In this document: positions 55,740 to 64,000 of the stretch, in pieces
Layout of the letters: every line of letters begins with the position of its first letter
How positions within the stretch are numbered: the stretch's first letter is position 1
Source: Octopus vulgaris
Lineage: Eukaryota
DNA length: 64,000 nt
Direction of reading: 5' to 3'
Assembly: GCA_951406725.2 (NCBI GenBank)
Contig: OX597815.1
Location: forward strand, 83,266,001-83,330,000
The notes under the pieces: model-generated
Databases searched by the model: none
Told to the model about the DNA's origin: nothing
The model's input: only the letters and a program-made list of their open reading frames with translations
Translations under genes and position numbers: made by a program

Positions 55740-56200
55740 GAGAGAGAGACGGAGACAAAGAATTTACGCAAGCGAGAAATAAGTAGAGATTTTCAAAGAG
55801 AGGGACGGCTGGAAGACTCTTTCAGAGAACGTGAAAGATTGTAAGTGAAAGTCGACTACAGTTGAATAGAAGAAATTTCAAGAGTAAGTTGGAAAACAGA
55901 AGAAATATTAAGGATACGAAATTACAGTAAAGAAAATGCAGCCGGTAGGAGAGAAATGGATAAAAGTTTTCCGATACTGAGGAGAAGGAGATAGAGGTAG
56001 AGGAAGAGAGGTTTTGCGAGAAAGAGGAAAGACAAACTAAAAATGGTGGGTAATGGATTAGCGGTAACAGAAAAAATAACGAGGGATGGATTAGATTGAA
56101 CGAAAGAGAAGGGCGTATAATGCTGAGAAGAAAAAAAACAGAGGGAAGAAAAAGAACATTTTCGGAAAGATAAACACAAATTGTAAGAACTGTAAAATAG

Positions 56201-56244
<44 letters not shown>

Positions 56245-56438
56245 GAAGTAAGAGATGATTATTGTAGTATAATGAGTAGACAATTGTGGATGGCAGACAG
56301 ATCGGTAAGAGAATAATTAGGAAAGAAAGATAATAGCATTATAAGACAAAGATATTGGGAAATCATCGAATAGAGTGAAAAGTTGCTCTAATGTGCGCAC
56401 GAAAATATGAGCCCAAGCACAACTCTGTGAATTTGTGC

Positions 56439-56482
<44 letters not shown>

Positions 56483-56919
56483 GTGTGTGTGTGTGAGTGT
56501 GAGTGTGTGTGTATGCGTTTGTGCGTGTGTGTGTGTGTATTATGCGTATGCGTGCATGTACGTATGCATCTATGCTGCTTAAATTTAAGAAATACAGAGA
56601 TTAGGTAAGGAAACAGGAAGTATTATTCTTTATTTCAAAAGTATTACCGCTAAATAATATATAATGAAATGAATCAAGAAATAAGGGAAACAACGACGAA
56701 ACAATAAGTTTAATGACTAAGATACTTTGTAAAAGTTTATCAAATAACAGCACGAAATGTTAATATTTTTACTGTTGTTTTTTTTGGTATTATTAGAGAT
56801 ACAAAGGCTTAAAATCATTTTAGATGGTCAGTAGTCCTACAAAAGGATCTGAATTTTAATCAATGATTTGAGAAAAAATATACTTTTACGGATTGGGGGT
56901 CCTGCTGTCTGAAGAAAGC

Positions 56920-57180
56920 AAAAGGTTAAAGCCCCTTTCAGAGTCATAGAGACTCATAGAGACAGTTTCATGGTTTCTATGGCTTATATATTCCCCACTG
57001 GACGGGACTCAGTTCGTCCCAGGAATATTGAATATTCATTTTTGCCAGCCGAGTAGGCTATAGCAACGGAAAAAGTAATCATTTTCACAAGAACACAACT
57101 CATTGCCCGCTCCAGGAACCGAAACCACGCCATTACAATCATGAGTACAACATCCCTAACCACTAAACCGCGCGCCTGCA
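56920..57180 (-). mobile_element. tRNA-derived SINE family D
   Basis: The minus strand reads gcaggcgcgcggtttagtggttaggg (A box)...ggtttcggttcc (B box)...gttgtgttcttgtgaaaa...ggcaaaaatgaata. Confidence 0.72.
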
Positions 57181-60100
57181 CTTATTGCTGTCTGAGGTGT
57201 GCTTTTATTTCAATATGAATGCTATAGTTGCCGCTGTGTAACAACAGATCAGCCCTTATCAAGCACTCGTATGGCAGGTGCATAGTAACCGACTAACGCG
57301 GTACTACCCATTCTTTTGTCTCCTTAAATGAGAATCAAGCCACACTATACCACAAGTATGCTACTAAGTATGGCAGTCTGGATATATTGCTCTCTTTATG
57401 CCATAATCTAATTCTGTAGGTTCTGCAGGTGACCACAGTAGAAAATCAAATCACAACTGTCACTTTGCCTTACTCATGGCTATTGTACTCTTTCCAGCAC
57501 AACTTTCGGAGCGAGACTACTGTGTGTATGCGTTCTTTTTCTGTATCCTTCTTGAGAAGATTAAAAGAGATTAAACTTTTACAATATTGTTGTGATAATC
57601 TGGCTTATTCTGCAAGTGTTTGTATATTGGCAGCGATGTTCTGCTCATGTAGTAGTAGGAAATATACGAGTTGTAAACTGCTGCAGCAACAAACTGTGCA
57701 GCAGAAACACCCCGAGGGATTTCACTTTCATTAAAATTGTATCTTTCAGGTGGTTTGTCATGAAACGTGTCTGATGTTCACAGCATAGTTTTTTTGTTTT
57801 TAAAATTCGTTTCACACAGGTTCAAGTGTTTTTCCCCCTTTCTAGATAATTTTGTGTCGTAAAGGTATGCAACATATTTTGGTAACAAATTTCTGTGTTC
57901 GTCAAAAATAAGTAAGCGAGTAGTGTTACTACGATATTTAGTATTCTAGGGTGTTGTTGACGTTGCGTTATTACGTGGTTACAGGATGTCATGATCCGAC
58001 AAACGCTATGCTGCTTGGTTCTACATTCTCTTTTGATTCGTTTTGAGTGCAAGGAATAAGATGGGGGATATATAGTTAGAGAATTAGTGGAAAAGGAATA
58101 GGAGAAATTCATATCCACAACGCTAAAAGCAAAATTTCTTAAGATATATTTGATTTACGAACCCAGGACTCATAAAATATATAACCAAGTTGCCAGAGAT
58201 ACTACGATTTTAAACCAACAATTCTTAATATTTTTAAAACGGATATTTTATTTAATTTGATATCGATTATTGGAACATTAAGATTTAATGTTGACTCAAG
58301 CGGCGTTTAATTTCAGAAAGCGCAGAATAAAAGAATACTTTAATAAATCTTTATAACTCAACTTTCGTTCTCGTTATCTTTGTATATCACCAGAGTAGCT
58401 TCATCCAGCTCACCCATGTTCAGTGATATTATATTGAACATATATATTTTTTTAAGCTGGAGAGGAATACTTTAAAAGACATTGAGAAACATTGCTGCAA
58501 ACCAAGCGACTAAAAAGTGAATTTTGTGACGAATGGAAATATATACGGCTATGACGTACGTCAACTATCAGCCTTTTCACATTAACTACCATTTTCTTAG
58601 TATTTGGCCCCGTGGATTTGTTCAATAAACTATTGAAATATTCTATAAATATTCAATTTTGTATGTGCTCATACTCATCTAGTCATACACGTATCGATTT
58701 TACATGTTATCTTCTTTCTTACTTTCTTTTCTCTTCCTCTCTCGCTCTCGCTCTTTTCTCCCCTGCCTCGCTCTCTCTTTCTCTCTCTTTCTTCCCCTCT
58801 CTCTTTCTCTCATATGTTTGTATACGCGTGTCTGTGAGACACAATGGAGCAGGGAGGGAGAAAGAGAGTGAGAAAGAGAGAGAGAGAGAGAGAGAGAGAC
58901 AGTATATAAGTCCATGTTTTTGTGTATGTTAAGCATGCATCTATCTTCAAACCTTGTCTTGTACAAATACTTTTGAAATCTAACGTAATATTAAATCGCA
59001 TGTATAATGTCTTTCATGTCTGTCTTTAGTATGGGAGTCATTTTAAATTAATTTAGCAATAACTGTGAAAGCGTGACGAGTTACCTCCACTAAATATTCA
59101 GTTGAGCAAATACATGAGAAATTTATAACAAGTCAAATATTACATCTTTCATATTCGGTATAAAACATTAATAATAAACTTTAATAAATTTTGTCTTTTT
59201 CTTCTTATTTTTTTACCTGACCCTTCAAGTGTTTCAATATTTTCATTGCACCCTTTTGAATGTTGACTATGGCAAATATTTATGCAGTGGCTAAATATTT
59301 AGTGAACATGTGCAGTCTCATATTACTTAAATTAAGTACCTATCTATATTTTGTGTCAATGTATATTACATTCGATGACTTATGCGTCAGTTAGAAATCA
59401 ATATATGATATGTTGTAGGGCGTGGATTGCTGCAATCTATGTAATTTTAAACAGTATACCCTGTATCATTGAGTTAACTTTTATGTTTTGAGTTCCTAAC
59501 CCAGCAGTGTCAGCTTTGCCGTTCTTCCTTCTGAGCAGAGAGTATAAAATAAAGCTATGTGAGATGTACAAATGTTAGGAATCGACGTATATAGTGCATC
59601 ACTAATGCCAGTTCCAATATTTTACACATGTGTTGTTTTCAAAGAAATATATATACAACGAGTTTTGAACCGTAAAATTTGTAGACATCACAAGATCGGA
59701 CTTTCCTTTATTGATTCAGCAATTATTTCAATTATCACACCCAAAGAACTATTGAACTTTTACAAAATTCATCATAATCCAATAGTACACCCAGAAAAAT
59801 CATGAATATTACGGTATTCCATCTCTTACCGGCCTTCGTCTATTGAATTTTTGTGTCAGCGTATTTAAAGAAATGGCAGTTGTTTTTCAATTATTTTTCT
59901 TAAAGTATTATATCCCTAGTCATTTGCTAGAGGCTGAATTCAAGAAATATAGTTTCAAATTAACCAAACATGACATCATCATATAGTTTCTATAAACTGT
60001 CAAATTCATTCAATAGATATTACACGATATCACATTCAACCAATTAAATTGCTTTAATTTATGTGTGCAATTTAAAACTATACTAAATCCTATCAGTGAT

Positions 60101-60985
60101 AGCGTGGTAGCGAATACAAGCGTTCGTCGTGTTACATATTTGAATGCATAGCAATGGAAATTTTATAGAAATTAATCTTTCTAAACCATATTGCCTTTGT
60201 TTTTATTTATACATTACGCTCAGCAGTTGTCAGAGGGATCAGGGTAACTGTCTCACCCACGCACTGACGATTGCATGAAGAAAATATTCACATATCTCAA
60301 ACTTGAATCAACAATTTGTTACACCTACCAATGCACTGACTAATATGCGTCTTAATAAATACTTAGATCTATTTCACGTGTAAAGTCCATATCAAAATAA
60401 CCCAACCTGCATACTTTGAAGCCCAATTAAAATTTTGTGTCTAGATTTTATTTCGTAAACAGATAGTTGGTTGCAACAACCTTCGTCTACTTCACCTATT
60501 AAGAAAGCTTATCTGCTTGAATTTACACACTTTTGAAATCTTGAATATAATTTTTGCATTTTTACCTGTGGAAAATAGAGAGACGAATGTAAGAGAAGGA
60601 AAGAGGAAGAGTGATAATATTCGATATAATGAAAGTGAATGAAAGTAAAACAAACAGAAAATTTTAAAAACAGTAAAAATAAGATGGATACGTTCCAAAT
60701 TGGATAAAATTAGGCACTTAAAATTCACATCATTACAGATATTTGTGAAATTTCAGAAGCGAATAAAAAAAAAAAAAAATCTATATTGATGAAATTTAAT
60801 TGTGGCTGCAATGAAATTTCTGCGGCATGCTTTCTTCATTTCTCATCATGATGCATTTCAAGCAAATCAAATTGCATCTTCATGTTGTTATTATGAATGC
60901 AATTATTTTATTTGAAAAACTTTGTTTACATTAATTTTTTTCAATATTATCATTTTATATATTTATTTATTTTTTACCATCATCA

Positions 60986-61105
<120 letters not shown>

Positions 61106-61591
61106 TTAATTTTATTTTTATCATCATCATTTTGATCACATCAAATGAAATTGAACAAATATTCCGAGTCGGAACTTAACTAAATAAATACTTCACAGGA
61201 AAATGAGAAAATTTAATTAATTCATACTAATTAAGATAATTATATATACATATAGGCATACGGACATACAAACACACACACGCACATATATGTTTGTGTG
61301 TGTGTGTGTTTATGTGTATGTGTGTGCGTGTGCGTGCATCTAGACACACATATGTATATATAAGATCGTACATATATATGCTTGTACACATGAAAATGTG
61401 TGTGCGTGAGTTTATAAGTGTATATGTATAGATACATGGATGATAAGTAGATAGTTATTTGTGAAATGCGTTAATATTTTGAACAATACATATAAGCTAC
61501 TAGTTTCCTTGTCAGTATATATTTTATATGTATGATCTTAAATTGGAACAAACATACACATACAATGCACTCACACACAGACACATGTATA

Positions 61592-61651
<60 letters not shown>

Positions 61652-61694
61652 AGTGTGTGTATGTGTGTATGTGTGTGTGTGTATATGTGTGTGT

Positions 61695-62350
61695 ACGCAT
61701 GTTTATGGAACTTCAACCTTATTGAAGTAATCCAAGAATTGTATGAAAACTCAAACAGGACATTTTTCAGGACAACAGTGAACGTTAAAAAAAACATGTC
61801 TCCTCTCTTCGTTGATTTGCAGCCTTTTCTTAGAAGAGATTATGCAGGAAACACCTCAAGTCTTCCATCACTCAGTTTCCATTGGCGCGATGGCCCGTTT
61901 CCACCCGGTTCTTTGCTAGTGACATTGACCTGTTAGGAAGCAATGCAGTAAAACTACAAGAGCCCACCTTCAGATTTTAAAAAATATCAGATGCATACAG
62001 AGTAGAGATCAGTCCAGTAAAGACTGGGGTCCTGGTTAAAACCAAGAATACAACATCCCGTTTGCTGTACCCGTGTTAATAACAGGAATAGAGCAACCAA
62101 GTTCATGCTAAACGGAAACAAATTTGTGAAAGTGGACACCAGCAAGTTCCTAGGATCCACTTTGATCGTGAAGCAGGTCTCAAAAAGAGATAACAAAACT
62201 CATTTTAACATCTTCTGACATGACGCTGCTGAACACCATATGGAAAAGCAACTCCATTTGTTTTTCAAAAAGGCTCAAAATCTAGAAACCTGTGGTGACT
62301 TCGAATTTTTTTGTGCGGTTATGAGAGCTGACACATACAGAAAGAGTAAA
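61695..62350 (+). mobile_element. RTE-clade LINE RT fragment
   Basis: LIEVIQELYENS...FFRTTV(GVRQG-like)...FASDIDLLG (FADDIDL)...AYRVEISPVKT...LNGNKFVKVDTSKFLGSTL. Confidence 0.75.
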
Positions 62351-62389
62351 GTACATAAAATAATATACATACGGGGAAGATCCATGTAG

Positions 62390-62770
62390 ATGTAACTCCT
62401 AACCTTGGAATTATAAGCAATACCGACTACCGAATTGAACGAGAGATCCTGTTTTCTGCATCTAGAATAAGGAAACAGTACTTCAACGGTATGGGTTTCA
62501 GAGTATCACATCTGTTTAGCATAATGCCGAAGAATCTAAGAGATTTGCGAGGTGTAGACACGGAGATCTTCAGAAAGTGTCTGGACAAATTTCTAGCTGA
62601 AATCCCAGACGAGGACACATCTCGGCAGGAAGCAGAGAGAAGAGTGGTTCCAATTAACTCGCTTCTTCATCATAAACAGTACAGAAAGGAGAGCCCCAAA
62701 TACAATGAAAGGCGGTGCTAAAGCATGGCCATAGCCTTTGGCTAAAACCAGTAACAGAATAAAAGAATAT
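62390..62770 (+). mobile_element. CR1/L2-group LINE 3' end
   Basis: ORF 62491-62721 GFRVSHLFSIMPKNLRDL...FRKCLDKFLAEIPDE...NSLLH, then the tail ggcggtgctaaagcatggcc...aacagaataaaagaat. Confidence 0.8.
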
Positions 62771-62919
62771 ATATGTGTGTGTATATATATATAAACATAT
62801 ACATACATATATATATATATTACATACAGACAAATGTATATATACAAGTATATACCTATGTTTATGTGCATATTCATATATACATATGTATATATAGGCA
62901 TTTACACATGCATACACCT

Positions 62920-62950
<31 letters not shown>

Positions 62951-63004
62951 CGATATCGATAAATAAATATGTGTGTGTGTGCGCGCGTGAATGCATGGAT
63001 AATG

Positions 63005-63310
63005 ATCCCACTTTGCTCAGGAATGACCACGGGATTGAACAGAGAGAGTTCTCCGATGCTCAATTGTGCTCATGGATTTTGGAAGACCAGCAGTTCGCCA
63101 CGCATACCACTCTCCCCTCTCCACACGACTGATATTAGCCAAGGAAAAGGGCAAAGGCAGATATATCTTGGCACCAGTAACCTAACAGCTAATTTTTACG
63201 GGTGAATTAATCGGAGTAATGTCAAAGAAAGTGTCTTGCTCAAGGAGACAACGGAATTCGAACTCAGTTGATTGTAAGCAATGACGCTCAAACCATTGAC
63301 ACCTGCGTCT
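63005..63310 (-). mobile_element. SINE family C copy
   Basis: caggaatgaccacgggattg...ggaagaccagcagt...ctcccctctccacac...gtgtcttgctcaagga...attcgaactc matches the reverse of 10195-10517. Confidence 0.8.
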
Positions 63311-63493
63311 TTACGTGTATGTGCATTTACAAACACACACATGGACACACTAAGATACACACACACACACACATACACACATATATATATATATTGTATC
63401 TTAGTGTCTCTATGTATGTATTTGTAAATGCAGTGTGAATATATGTATGTGTTTGTAAATGCACACACACTACTATATATATAAACGGTTAGT

Positions 63494-63668
<175 letters not shown>

Positions 63669-64000
63669 TAAGAACTTACACTAGCAGCAATTTTTGTTTT
63701 CATTTCGAAACGGAATCTCATGGCAATAGCTATAAATCAAGTCCCACTGGTTAGCCCTTCGCGTATTAATATTCAGTACAAAATGAATATGTAAGAAAGC
63801 CACCACAAGAAGTTGATTAAATTACTGAAGAATAAAAACTCCACTGGAATTCTGTGAAAAGCAGCAAGTCCAAACAGACATTTATATTATTAACTGAAAC
63901 AAAATCGATATTGTCCGATTGAAGTGGACTACTGACTGTAGTTTCCGTCAATGTTTCTCTTATTTCTAATTCGAAATTCTTTATATAACGGCAAGCTAAT

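Noticed and set aside
57420-58620. Repeat-poor stretch with splice-acceptor-like sites and the palindrome tgacgtacgtca (CRE-like half sites)
   Set aside because: It could be regulatory or UTR sequence, but there is no recognisable ORF, and short motifs are expected by chance.
60258-60295. ctgacga-ttgcatgaa-gaaa-atat-tc hammerhead-like string
   Set aside because: Stem II has only 2 bp and stem I cannot form; likely chance.

Overview
This is AT-rich, microsatellite-dense eukaryotic DNA, probably intergenic or intronic. Its SINE families and repeat content resemble a coleoid cephalopod such as Octopus; that is an inference, not a database result. I can support no host protein-coding gene, tRNA, rRNA or CRISPR array, and almost all listed ORFs are microsatellite translations. 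The window is a transposon graveyard containing a mariner pseudogene, three Penelope-like (PLE) remnants, CR1/L2-group and RTE LINE fragments, several tRNA-derived SINE families, a foldback/MITE-like element and many R4/Dong-like restriction-like-endonuclease (RLE) retrotransposons. Three observations stand out. (1) A tandem pair of type-I hammerhead ribozyme motifs 341 bp apart (50029-50412), a retrozyme-like element. (2) A ~6 kb same-strand pile-up of distinct R4/Dong-like elements, each bounded by (TAA)n (37080-43215), including a young 5'-truncated copy with a near-intact RT-zinc knuckle-RLE frame. (3) A ~540 bp non-coding TAA-flanked element in that pile-up whose 5' end recurs fused to a Dong-like fragment. 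The 1342 bp exact duplication around the 100-N gap is most likely an assembly artefact.
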